Both the position numbers and the translations under genes were made by a program. The notes beneath the pieces are model-generated. The model saw only the letters and a list, made by a program, of their open reading frames with translations, was not told the DNA's origin and made no database searches. A stretch of 64,000 bases of DNA from Verrucomicrobiota bacterium (lineage in GTDB: Bacteria > Verrucomicrobiota > Verrucomicrobiia > Limisphaerales > Palsa-1400), in assembly GCA_049510745.1 (NCBI GenBank), contig JBEKYR010000013.1:1-64000 (forward strand). Reading direction: 5' to 3'. Each line of letters opens with the position of its first letter. The first letter of the stretch is position 1. Below are positions 27,832-36,375 of the stretch, piece after piece.

Positions 27832-29655
27832 ATGCCGCCGCCGCGTCACGTCCTGGGGATTTCCGCCTATTACCACGACGCCGCCGCCGCGTTGCTGCGC
27901 GAGGGGCGAATCGTCGCCGCCGCGCAGGAGGAACGGTTTACGCGCATCAAAAACGAGCCGGATTTTCCGCGGCAGGCCATCGAGTTTTGCCTCCGTTACG
28001 GGGGACTGGACGCCGGGGAACTGGATTGCGTCGTTTTTTATGACAAGCCGGTGTTGAAATTCACCCGCCTGCTGGAATCGTATCTGGCGGTGGCGCCGGG
28101 CGGATGGCGGACGTTCCCGGAAGTGGTTTCCAACTGGCTGGGCGGGAAACTGGACCTGCGCCAAACCATCCGCGAGGAGTTGCCCGCCTTGCGCGCCGAG
28201 TGTCCGATCCTCTTCACGGCGCATCACCAGGCCCACGCGGCCAGCGCGTTCTATCCGTCGCCGTTCACCGAGGCGGCCATTTTGACCGTCGATGCCGTGG
28301 GGGAATGGGCCACGACGACGATTGGCCGCGGGCGCGGAGACGCGATTGAACTGCTGAAGGAACTGCGCTTTCCCCATTCGCTGGGCATGCTTTACTCGGC
28401 GTTCACGGATTACTGCGGGTTTCGCATCAATTCCGGCGAGTACAAACTCATGGGCCTGGCCCCCTACGGGGAGCCGAAATACGCCGAGGTGATCCTGCGC
28501 GAATTGCTGGACCTGAAAGCCGACGGTTCCTTTTGGATGAATTTGGAATGTTTCAATTTTCTGCGCGGCACGACCATGACCAACGGACGATTCCACCGGT
28601 TGTTCGGCGGGCCGCCCCGCCGCCTGGAGGAAGCCATCGAGCAGCGCCACATGGACGTTGCCCGCTCGATTCAGGCCGTGACGGAGGAAGTGATGCTGCG
28701 CCTGGCCCGCCACGCGCGGGAAGTGACCGGAGAAAAGCATCTCTGCCTGGCAGGCGGAGTGGCGCTCAATTGCGTGGCCAACGGGCGCCTCCTGCGCGAA
28801 CGTCTTTTCGACCGCATCTGGATCCAGCCGGCCGCCAGCGACGCCGGAGGCGCCTTGGGCGCCGCGCTCGCCGCCTGGCACGGGGAACGCAACGAATCCA
28901 ACCCCGTTCCAGAAAAAGCCGACGCCATGCGCGGCGCGTTGCTGGGACCCGAATATTCGGATGAGGAAATCGAGGCGACGCTGCGCGGCCACGGGGCCAG
29001 ATTCCAACGGCTGAGCACGAGCGATTTGCTCGATGCCACCGTCCAATTGCTGCAAGCCGGGAAAGTGATCGGCTGGTTCCAGGGGCGGATGGAATTCGGA
29101 CCGCGCGCCCTGGGCAACCGTTCCATCCTGGGCGACGCCCGGTCGCCCAAGATGCAATCGGTCATGAATCTGAAGGTGAAATTCCGGGAATCCTTTCGTC
29201 CCTTCGCCCCCATCGTGCGCCGGGAACGGGCCGCGGAGTACTTCGAGTTGACTGAGGAGTCGCCCTACATGCTGCTGGTGGCGCCGATTCAGCCGGCGTT
29301 GCGCCTGCCCGTGCCGCCGGGAGTAAAAGGATTGGACTTGTTAAAGCAGGCGCGCTCGCGGCTGCCGGCGGTGACGCACGTGGATTACTCGGCGCGGATC
29401 CAGACAGTGGCGTGCCAGGACAATCCCCTGCTCTACGAACTGCTCTTGCGCTTTGAAAACGCGACGCAGTGCGGAGTTTTGGTCAATACTTCGTTCAACG
29501 TGCGGGGCGAGCCGATCGTCTGCACGCCGGAGGACGCCTACCGGTGTTTCGTCCACACGGAAATGGATTACCTGATGATGGGGAGTTTTTTGCTGGACCG
29601 CGCCGAGCAGCCCGCGCGTCCGGCGGACCGGCGAGTGGCGCCCCAAACGGACTGA
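27832..29655 (+). CDS. O-carbamoyltransferase (NodU/CmcH/SxtI family)
   Basis: LGISAYYHDAAAA, QEERFTR.K, HHQAHAASAF, GEYKLMGLAPYG, AGGVALNCVAN, EFGPRALGNRS, NTSFNVRGEP. Confidence 0.95.
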   Translation: MPPPRHVLGISAYYHDAAAALLREGRIVAAAQEERFTRIKNEPDFPRQAIEFCLRYGGLDAGELDCVVFYDKPVLKFTRLLESYLAVAPGGWRTFPEVVSNWLGGKLDLRQTIREELPALRAECPILFTAHHQAHAASAFYPSPFTEAAILTVDAVGEWATTTIGRGRGDAIELLKELRFPHSLGMLYSAFTDYCGFRINSGEYKLMGLAPYGEPKYAEVILRELLDLKADGSFWMNLECFNFLRGTTMTNGRFHRLFGGPPRRLEEAIEQRHMDVARSIQAVTEEVMLRLARHAREVTGEKHLCLAGGVALNCVANGRLLRERLFDRIWIQPAASDAGGALGAALAAWHGERNESNPVPEKADAMRGALLGPEYSDEEIEATLRGHGARFQRLSTSDLLDATVQLLQAGKVIGWFQGRMEFGPRALGNRSILGDARSPKMQSVMNLKVKFRESFRPFAPIVRRERAAEYFELTEESPYMLLVAPIQPALRLPVPPGVKGLDLLKQARSRLPAVTHVDYSARIQTVACQDNPLLYELLLRFENATQCGVLVNTSFNVRGEPIVCTPEDAYRCFVHTEMDYLMMGSFLLDRAEQPARPADRRVAPQTD

Positions 29656-29657
29656 GC

Positions 29658-30059
29658 ATGAAACTGAAACTCAGAGAGGAGCCGAAGGAATGGCGCAAGG
29701 CGGCGTGGATGAGCGCGCTGGGTCTGGCGATTCTCGCCAGCCTGCTGCGCTGGCGGCGCCTCCTGCCCGTGGCGGCCTGGGGGTTGGTTTTGTGTTTGCT
29801 GGCCGCTCTGGCGCTGGCCGCGGCGCTGCGGCCACGATGGTTTCGGGGGTATTATCGCTTTTCCGCGAAGTTGGGATTTGCCATCAGCCAGATGGCGGGG
29901 CGCGTCATCCTGGCGATCCTTTTTTTCGTCGTGGTCACGCCGCTGGGGCTGGTCTTGCGGATGCTGGGCAAAGACCCGTTGCGTCTGCGCCGCCCGGCCG
30001 GCACGGAGAGTTATTGGAGCGAAGTCCGCCAAAAATCCTCTTTGGAGCGGCTGTTTTAG
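29658..30059 (+). CDS. SxtJ-family membrane protein
   Basis: TM segments followed by FFVVVTPLGLVLRMLGKDPLRL...SYW; position after the carbamoyltransferase. Confidence 0.85.
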   Translation: MKLKLREEPKEWRKAAWMSALGLAILASLLRWRRLLPVAAWGLVLCLLAALALAAALRPRWFRGYYRFSAKLGFAISQMAGRVILAILFFVVVTPLGLVLRMLGKDPLRLRRPAGTESYWSEVRQKSSLERLF

Positions 30060-30069
30060 GGCAAACTCC

Positions 30070-30087
30070 ACCGCACAAACGTGCGGT
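30070..30087. promoter_or_regulatory. Palindrome upstream of the starch locus, candidate repressor operator
   Basis: ACCGCAC-aaac-GTGCGGT about 70 bp before ATG 30155; it could instead be a terminator stem of the preceding operon. Confidence 0.3.
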
Positions 30088-30154
30088 AGAGACGCAGCGG
30101 AGGGGGTGTTACATTCTTAACCACGACCCAATAAGTCACTATACAAAAAACACT

Positions 30155-31951
30155 ATGAACCGAAAATTCTCTGCCAAAGCCATCCAGCGCGGTTTCTGGA
30201 TGGGAGCCATGCTCTTGGGCGCGGTTGCCGCGTCAGCCGACACGCAAGTCACATTCCAAGTGGATATGACGGAACAGATCGGGACCTCATTTACCCCGGG
30301 GACCGATACCGTATCCGCTCACGGAACATTCAATGGATGGGGCGCGGGCGTCAATCTGACCAATGACATCAACGCCGCCAATCCCAATCTCTACACCGGA
30401 ACAGCCGATGACGCGACCGACGCCAACGGAACGGTGCTGATTTACAAGTACGTCATCGATAACTCGCAGTATGAGGGCACGTTCGCCGGGAACTCAGTCA
30501 ATCGTTGCGCGTACCTCCCCGCCGGCGGTGGCAGCCTGCTCCTGCCCGCGGCGTTCTATGGCGACGCCGGGCCGACGATCACCGCCAATGTGACCTTCCA
30601 GATCGATATGGCCGAGCAAATCAACCTCAACGTCTTCGACACCAACGCGGATACGGTCGAAGTCCACGGCAGCTTCAGCGGGTGGGGTTCGGAAGGCACG
30701 CTGACCAGCGACCCGACCATCCTGACCACCAATTCGACCGGGATTGTCACCTCCAATGTCTATGTGGGCACCTTTGCCATAACCGGCCCGACCAATGGAA
30801 CGGCCGAGTTCAAGTATGTCATGCAGCCCGCCGGCAGTTGGGAAAGCCCCCTTTCGAAGGACTCGGATGGTGATAGCGGCAATCGTTTTTTTGCCATCAC
30901 CACGCAAACCTTGCCGATTGTCTCCTTTAGCGACGTGCCCCTCGCCGTGACGGTGACGAACATCATAACCTTCGAGGTGGACATGACGGCGCAGATCGAG
31001 GTTGGAGCCTTCACGAACGGCAACTCCAGCTCGCAGGTCCTGCTCGCGGGAGACTTCAATGGCTGGAACAGCTCCCTCAGCACGGGCACCTTCATGACGA
31101 ACAACCCGACCAGCGACACGTCCAACATTTACAGCGCGGTGGTTACTATTACGGACGCGGCCGGCGCGGGGCATTACTTCAAATACATCATGGAGCCGGG
31201 CACAGATTGGGAATCCATACCCAACCGCGAAGTGATTCTTATGAATACGAGTGGCAACTTGACCTATGGCCCGGTTTATTTCAATAACGCGGCGCCGAGA
31301 CCGATAGACTACGTGTCGGTGACCAACTGCATGGTGACCTTCACGGTCGAAATGACCAACGCGGTGGGGACGGACACCACCGTATTCGACAACGCCTACC
31401 CGTCGAGCGACTCGATCTACATCAACGGCCTCAACGGTGGAAACGACCCCAGTTGGTGGGGTTGGGGCGCCAATCCCTTCCCAACCGGCCCCGCGGCTTA
31501 TCAAATGACCCAGATCCCAAATACGACGCTCTTTACCATCACCCTTCCGGTCAACTATGGCGTGTACGAGAACCTGACCTACAAGTACAGCATCAACGGC
31601 GTCGATAACGAAGCGGGTTTCAACGACAATCACCAGCGGTGGATTCGCAGCCTGCCCAACTATACGATGCCGGTGGACACATTCGGCAGCCAAGGCTCCA
31701 GCGCCCAGGCGGAGCTTCTCGCCGGTAATCTGAGCGCGGCTCCTGCCGCCGGCAACCAAGTCCAGCTTTCCTGGCTGGGACGGCGCGGCGTTCATCTGCA
31801 AACGGCGACCAGTCTGGCTGCCAGCGCGGTCTGGACCGACCAGTATCTCACGGACGGGACCAACCTGATTGTGGCCCCCGGAGGCATGGCCAGCACCAAT
31901 TATCCCATCGGGCCGGGCAATCTGTTCTTCCGATTGGTCGGACCGCAGTAA
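30155..31951 (+). CDS. Secreted protein with four tandem CBM20/CBM48-like starch-binding-type domains and an RFYR-like C-terminal domain
   Basis: Signal peptide; four VTF.VDM...G.F.GW...(Y/F)KY...(W/Y)E repeats; ends NLFFRLVGPQ. Confidence 0.7.
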   Translation: MNRKFSAKAIQRGFWMGAMLLGAVAASADTQVTFQVDMTEQIGTSFTPGTDTVSAHGTFNGWGAGVNLTNDINAANPNLYTGTADDATDANGTVLIYKYVIDNSQYEGTFAGNSVNRCAYLPAGGGSLLLPAAFYGDAGPTITANVTFQIDMAEQINLNVFDTNADTVEVHGSFSGWGSEGTLTSDPTILTTNSTGIVTSNVYVGTFAITGPTNGTAEFKYVMQPAGSWESPLSKDSDGDSGNRFFAITTQTLPIVSFSDVPLAVTVTNIITFEVDMTAQIEVGAFTNGNSSSQVLLAGDFNGWNSSLSTGTFMTNNPTSDTSNIYSAVVTITDAAGAGHYFKYIMEPGTDWESIPNREVILMNTSGNLTYGPVYFNNAAPRPIDYVSVTNCMVTFTVEMTNAVGTDTTVFDNAYPSSDSIYINGLNGGNDPSWWGWGANPFPTGPAAYQMTQIPNTTLFTITLPVNYGVYENLTYKYSINGVDNEAGFNDNHQRWIRSLPNYTMPVDTFGSQGSSAQAELLAGNLSAAPAAGNQVQLSWLGRRGVHLQTATSLAASAVWTDQYLTDGTNLIVAPGGMASTNYPIGPGNLFFRLVGPQ

Positions 31952-31966
31952 AGATTCACGCCGTTC

Positions 31967-31998
31967 CCCGCCGGGCGCCGGATCGGGCGCCTGGCGGG
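31967..31998 (+). terminator. Strong intergenic stem-loop after the first gene of the starch locus
   Basis: CCCGCCGGGCGCC-ggatcg-GGCGCCTGGCGGG without a U tract; more like an mRNA-stabilising or attenuating hairpin. Confidence 0.5.
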
Positions 31999-32011
31999 AG
32001 CGGACGAATAT

Positions 32012-32890
32012 ATGAAGCTGCCATACGCATCGAGGACAAAGGGGTTCACGCTCATTGAATTGCTGGTGGTGATCGCCATCATCGCCATCCTGGCCGCGAT
32101 TCTGCTGCCGGCTCTGGCCAGCGCCAAACAGAGCGCGCTGGTGACCTATTGCATGAACAACAAGAAACAATTGTTGACAGCATGGGTCATGTACGCCGGC
32201 GAAGGGCGCGACGTATTGGCCGACAACCACGACTACAACGACTTTAACGTCTATGAGGGGGGCGGAAACACTTTTGTGCCGGGCATTTCGACCCCCGCCT
32301 GGGCTGAAGGCACAATGACCTGGGACACCAGTTCGGAGAACACCAACACGCTCTACTTGACTGATCCGCGCGCCTCTTTGCTTGGGAATTACATCGGCAA
32401 ATCGACTAAAATCTTCTGGTGCCCCGCGGACATCTTCTTAAGCTCGCAGCAGCGGCCGCTCGGCTGGCCCAACCGCTGCCGCAGCGTCTGCATGTCGGGA
32501 TTTACCGGGCCGGGCCAGAAATGGTCTTTCGAGGGATGGACCAAAACCAATAGCGTCGCGAAAATGAGCCAGTTCGCCAATCCCGGACCGGCCAGTTCGT
32601 GGGTGTTCATGGATGAGCATCCCGACAGCATTGATGACTGCCAGCTTTATGTGAATCCGTCCGATGCCGATGGCACAATCTCAGACGGGGTGTTCACCGA
32701 ATTGCCGGCCAGCTACCACAATAAGGCGTGCGGGCTTGCGTTCGCGGACGGTCATGCTGAATGTCACAAATGGCTGGAGGGGTCAACGTGCCCTCCTGTG
32801 CAGTATATTCAATATGTGCATTCAGTCAATGTTGGGAAGACGAGCAGGGACCTCATGTGGCTGGCGCAAAGAACACCGCACGCGCCGTGA
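32012..32890 (+). CDS. Prepilin-type N-methylation protein with H-X9-DG motif (DUF1559-like)
   Basis: [26 protein letters not shown] class III signal; C-terminal [14 protein letters not shown]. Confidence 0.92.
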   Translation: MKLPYASRTKGFTLIELLVVIAIIAILAAILLPALASAKQSALVTYCMNNKKQLLTAWVMYAGEGRDVLADNHDYNDFNVYEGGGNTFVPGISTPAWAEGTMTWDTSSENTNTLYLTDPRASLLGNYIGKSTKIFWCPADIFLSSQQRPLGWPNRCRSVCMSGFTGPGQKWSFEGWTKTNSVAKMSQFANPGPASSWVFMDEHPDSIDDCQLYVNPSDADGTISDGVFTELPASYHNKACGLAFADGHAECHKWLEGSTCPPVQYIQYVHSVNVGKTSRDLMWLAQRTPHAP

Positions 32891-32936
32891 TTTCGGCCGC
32901 CCGTTTAATGCTGGGAAAGCCGCCTGTGCCTTTTTT

Positions 32937-34367
32937 ATGACCAACTTGTCCGTCCTCAAACGCGGCGGAGCGCGGATTTCCGGCTTTTTTCTCCTCCTCC
33001 TGGCTTGCGGCAATGGTTTCGGGCAGAATGGCAAAGTGGAGGTTTCCCCGCCCGATTGGCTGCGCAGCGGGGTCGTCTATGAAATCTATCCCCGGGACTT
33101 TTCCAAGGAAGGCAATTTCAACGGCGTGACCGCCCGGCTGGACGACCTCAAATCGCTGGGCGTCAACATTCTTTGGCTCATGCCCATTCACCCCATCGGC
33201 GAAAAACTGCGCAAGGGCTGTTGCGGCAGCCCCTACGCGGTCAAAGATTATTACGCCATCAACCCGGATTACGGCACCGAGGCGGACCTGAAACGGCTGA
33301 TCTCCGAGGCCCACCGGCGCGGCCTCAAAGTCATCATGGACTTGGTGCCCAACCACACCGCCTGGGACAGTGTGCTGATGAAGCATCCGGAGTTCTACAA
33401 ACAGGACGCCAACGGGAACATCCAGCCGCCCGTCGCCGCGTGGTCGGACGTGGCCGGCCTCAATTACGCCAACGCCGACCTGCGCCGTTACATGATCGCC
33501 ATGTTCAAATACTGGATTGATCCCGCCGGCTTCAACTTCGACGGATTCCGCTGCGACGTGGCGGAAATGGTGCCGACGGCTTTTTGGGAGGAGGCGCGCG
33601 CGGAAATGCTCAAGGTCAAACCCGACATTATCCTCCTGGCCGAAGCGAGCAAACCCGAATTGATGGTCAAGGCGTTTGACATTGATTACGGCTGGCCGCT
33701 GTTGCACGTGCTGAACAACGTTCTTTTGCAAGGGGCGCCCGCCTCCGCTGTGCGCACTTCGTGGGAGGAATCACGCCGGCAGTTTCCCCAGGGAACGCTG
33801 CACCTGCGCATCAGCGACGACCATGACGAGCCTCGCGCCATCGCGCGCTACGGCCTGGAAGGCGCGCTGGCCGCCTCCGCCCTCATGTTCACGCTCGATG
33901 GCGTGCCCTTGTTATACAACGGGATGGAAGTGGGAGACGCCACCGAATCCGGCGACCCGGCCCTCTTCGAGAAATTGCCCGTCTTCTGGCATCCCAAGGA
34001 CCGTCCGCCGTTGACCGGCATTTACAGCGAGTTGGCGGGCTTGCGCAAAGCCTACCCCGCCTTCCGCAATGACAGCGTCACCTGGCTGCGCAACTCCGAC
34101 GAGGCCAACGTCGTCAGCCTCCTGCGCCAGGATGACTCGGATGAATTTATTGTTGTCGTCAACTTTTCCAACCGCCCGGAAACCGCGCAAGTGCCGACAC
34201 CCGACGCCGCCTCCTTCAAGCCGGTGAAGATCTCCGGCCTGCCGGACGTTGCGGACGGCGGATTGGCCAATCTGCGCCTCAAGGGATTTGAATGGCGGAT
34301 TTATCATCGCTCCCTGCCGCGCCCGATCAAGGAAGCGCGCCAAAAAGGCCCGTCACAAACGGAGTAG
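32937..34367 (+). CDS. Secreted alpha-amylase family protein (GH13)
   Basis: Signal peptide; YEIYPRDFS, GSPYAVKDY, DLVPNHT, DGFRCDVA, LLAEA, DDHDE. Confidence 0.92.
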   Translation: MTNLSVLKRGGARISGFFLLLLACGNGFGQNGKVEVSPPDWLRSGVVYEIYPRDFSKEGNFNGVTARLDDLKSLGVNILWLMPIHPIGEKLRKGCCGSPYAVKDYYAINPDYGTEADLKRLISEAHRRGLKVIMDLVPNHTAWDSVLMKHPEFYKQDANGNIQPPVAAWSDVAGLNYANADLRRYMIAMFKYWIDPAGFNFDGFRCDVAEMVPTAFWEEARAEMLKVKPDIILLAEASKPELMVKAFDIDYGWPLLHVLNNVLLQGAPASAVRTSWEESRRQFPQGTLHLRISDDHDEPRAIARYGLEGALAASALMFTLDGVPLLYNGMEVGDATESGDPALFEKLPVFWHPKDRPPLTGIYSELAGLRKAYPAFRNDSVTWLRNSDEANVVSLLRQDDSDEFIVVVNFSNRPETAQVPTPDAASFKPVKISGLPDVADGGLANLRLKGFEWRIYHRSLPRPIKEARQKGPSQTE

Positions 34368-34387
34368 GAGCCAGGCGGCCCGGCGCT

Positions 34388-34789
34388 CTACCGTGCCACT
34401 GATTGAACGCTGCCATCGGCCAGCAGAACCAACTCCGTCCCGTCCCGCATGTTCAGTCGCATGAGGACGGTTTGGGGGCCGGGATTTTCGGCGGTCAGCA
34501 TCACCTTGGCGTCCAATCCCCGGAAGGCGGCGACGTCCTCGGGTTTGAGAAAACCGCGCGCGACCAACTCGTCAACCCCAACGGAATTGGGGATGGGCTG
34601 TGCGGCGGCCCGCAATTGCCGGGTATAAGCCTGCGCCGCCGCCACAATGTGAATGCCATTGACCTTTGCGCGCGGAGAATTGGCGCCCGCCATATAATAG
34701 AGCAATCCCGCCGCCGCCATGATTGCGGCCGCCGCGCCGACGGCAATGGCAATGCGCCTGGCGGGAGAATCGGGATCACGCAATTTCAT
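34388..34789 (-). CDS. Hypothetical protein with N-terminal TM, pilin-like size
   Basis: MKLRDPDSPARRIAIAVGAAAAIMAAAGLLYY; C-terminal LLADGSVQ. Confidence 0.6.
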   Translation of the reverse strand: MKLRDPDSPARRIAIAVGAAAAIMAAAGLLYYMAGANSPRAKVNGIHIVAAAQAYTRQLRAAAQPIPNSVGVDELVARGFLKPEDVAAFRGLDAKVMLTAENPGPQTVLMRLNMRDGTELVLLADGSVQSVAR

Positions 34790-34899
34790 TTCAGCGCAAG
34801 ACGCTACTCCCCGGGCCGTCCTCGTGTCAATTCCAAGTGGGGCGCAAATCTGTTTTTGGGTATTGGCGCCCACCCTATGCCTCTCCCCCCCCTTTTGAG

Positions 34900-34994
34900 C
34901 CGTCACACCGTCACACTCGCTGGTGGAGAATGACTTACAAAAGGTCAACCCGTCACAAAAGCCGTCACAAAGCGTCCTACGACCCGTGACAAAA
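34900..34994. repeat. Clustered CCGTCACA direct repeats in a divergent intergenic region
   Basis: Copies at 34900, 34908, 34950 and 34962, plus the variant CCGTGACA at 34984. Confidence 0.7.
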
Positions 34995-35060
34995 GTGGAT
35001 TTGCGCCTTCCAAGTGCTTGCGCTTGTTTCACGGTGGCATTGCGGTTAAACTGGCCGACG

Positions 35061-36371
35061 ATGAAAGAAGTTCCTGAAAAAGCCGGCGCCGGGCGCGGAA
35101 CCGTGAAGGCCTCGCGCACATCGCCGGGCATCCTGCTGGCGGTGATGGCCGCCGTAGTGATCGTCGGCGGGGCGATTGCTTACAAGACATTCCAAAGCGC
35201 GCCGCCGCCCCAGCCGCCGCCCGCGGACAACGGCCCGGGGTATTCCCAGCCCGCAGCCCATTCCAATGTGCGGCCGATCATGCCGCGCGACGACATTCCC
35301 TCCGCGCCCGCCGCGACACCCGCCCCTGCCCCAACCCCCGTTGCCTCCCCTGCCCCGCCCGCTGCTCCAGCGTTTGAACCGGTGGTGGACGCCCATCAAT
35401 TGGTTTCGTCGCTGGCGGCGCTGGACGGCAAGCAGCCGATCACCGCCGAGCAGGCGCAGAAATGGAAGGAGAACCTGCAAAGGTTGATTCGCCAGGGGCC
35501 TTCCTCGGTGCCGGGCATCCAGGAATATCTGGCGCAAAATCAGGATGTCAATTATGCCGGCGTCAGCGGCGCGGGCGCGCTCGGTTTCAACTCGCTGCGC
35601 AGCGCCATGCTCGACGCCTTGGGCCAAATCGGCGGGGCGGAAGCCACGGCGGCCATGCTGCAAACGATGCAGAGTTCGATTTTTCCCTCGGACATCGCCA
35701 CGCTGGCCAAGTCGTTGGAGGCCCAGGCGCCCGGACAGTATCAGCAGGACATCCTCAACGCCGTGCGGCAACAACTCTCGCTCGCCGCGCTGGACCAGTT
35801 GGGCGGGGCGAACGTCGGACCCTTGTTTCAGGTTCTGGCCAACGCGGCGGCCAGTGGCGCGCCGATTACCGGGGACCTGGCCCAATACGCCGAGAAATGG
35901 CCCTATTACTCCGCCATCGCGCTGGCCACGCTGCCAAACAACGCGGGCGTGCCCGCGTTGATACAAATGGCGCAAGGCGCCCTGGGATCCAACCAGGCGG
36001 CGGCGGCGCAGGCGCTGGCCGAAATGTCACTGCAGAACTCCGACGCCTTGAACTCGCTGCTGAACCTGGCCAAGAACGGCCAGCTTTCCGACCCCGTCCT
36101 GGCGCAACTGGGGCCGTTTTTGGCGGGGCGCCAGTACCAATTGGGCCCGCCGGCGGACCCGATGGCGGGAGGCTACCAGACGTATCACATGGCCGGGGGC
36201 AACCAGGATTTCTCCTCCTACGACACCTTGAATATTTTGACGCCCGCGCAAATCAACCAGCGTCTCGCGCTGATTGACCAATTTATCCAGGCCGTCCCGT
36301 CCACCGACAGCGCCGCGCAAGAGGCGCTGCAACAACAGAAAAGTCTGCTGACGAGCAAACTGGCGAAGTAG
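35061..36371 (+). CDS. Hypothetical membrane-anchored protein with Pro-rich linker and HEAT-like helical domain
   Basis: TM ILLAVMAAVVIVGGAIAY; PAP linker; ALGQIGG...A helical repeats. Confidence 0.7.
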   Translation: MKEVPEKAGAGRGTVKASRTSPGILLAVMAAVVIVGGAIAYKTFQSAPPPQPPPADNGPGYSQPAAHSNVRPIMPRDDIPSAPAATPAPAPTPVASPAPPAAPAFEPVVDAHQLVSSLAALDGKQPITAEQAQKWKENLQRLIRQGPSSVPGIQEYLAQNQDVNYAGVSGAGALGFNSLRSAMLDALGQIGGAEATAAMLQTMQSSIFPSDIATLAKSLEAQAPGQYQQDILNAVRQQLSLAALDQLGGANVGPLFQVLANAAASGAPITGDLAQYAEKWPYYSAIALATLPNNAGVPALIQMAQGALGSNQAAAAQALAEMSLQNSDALNSLLNLAKNGQLSDPVLAQLGPFLAGRQYQLGPPADPMAGGYQTYHMAGGNQDFSSYDTLNILTPAQINQRLALIDQFIQAVPSTDSAAQEALQQQKSLLTSKLAK

Positions 36372-36375
36372 GGTT

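Noticed and set aside
27676..30059. Saxitoxin biosynthesis cluster
   Set aside because: Only sxtI/J/K-like genes are present; there is no sxtA, sxtG or other core gene.
34363..34392. GTAG...CTAC palindrome as a REP element
   Set aside because: It is largely formed by the two convergent stop codons and a short GC stem, so it is more simply a bidirectional terminator-like hairpin.
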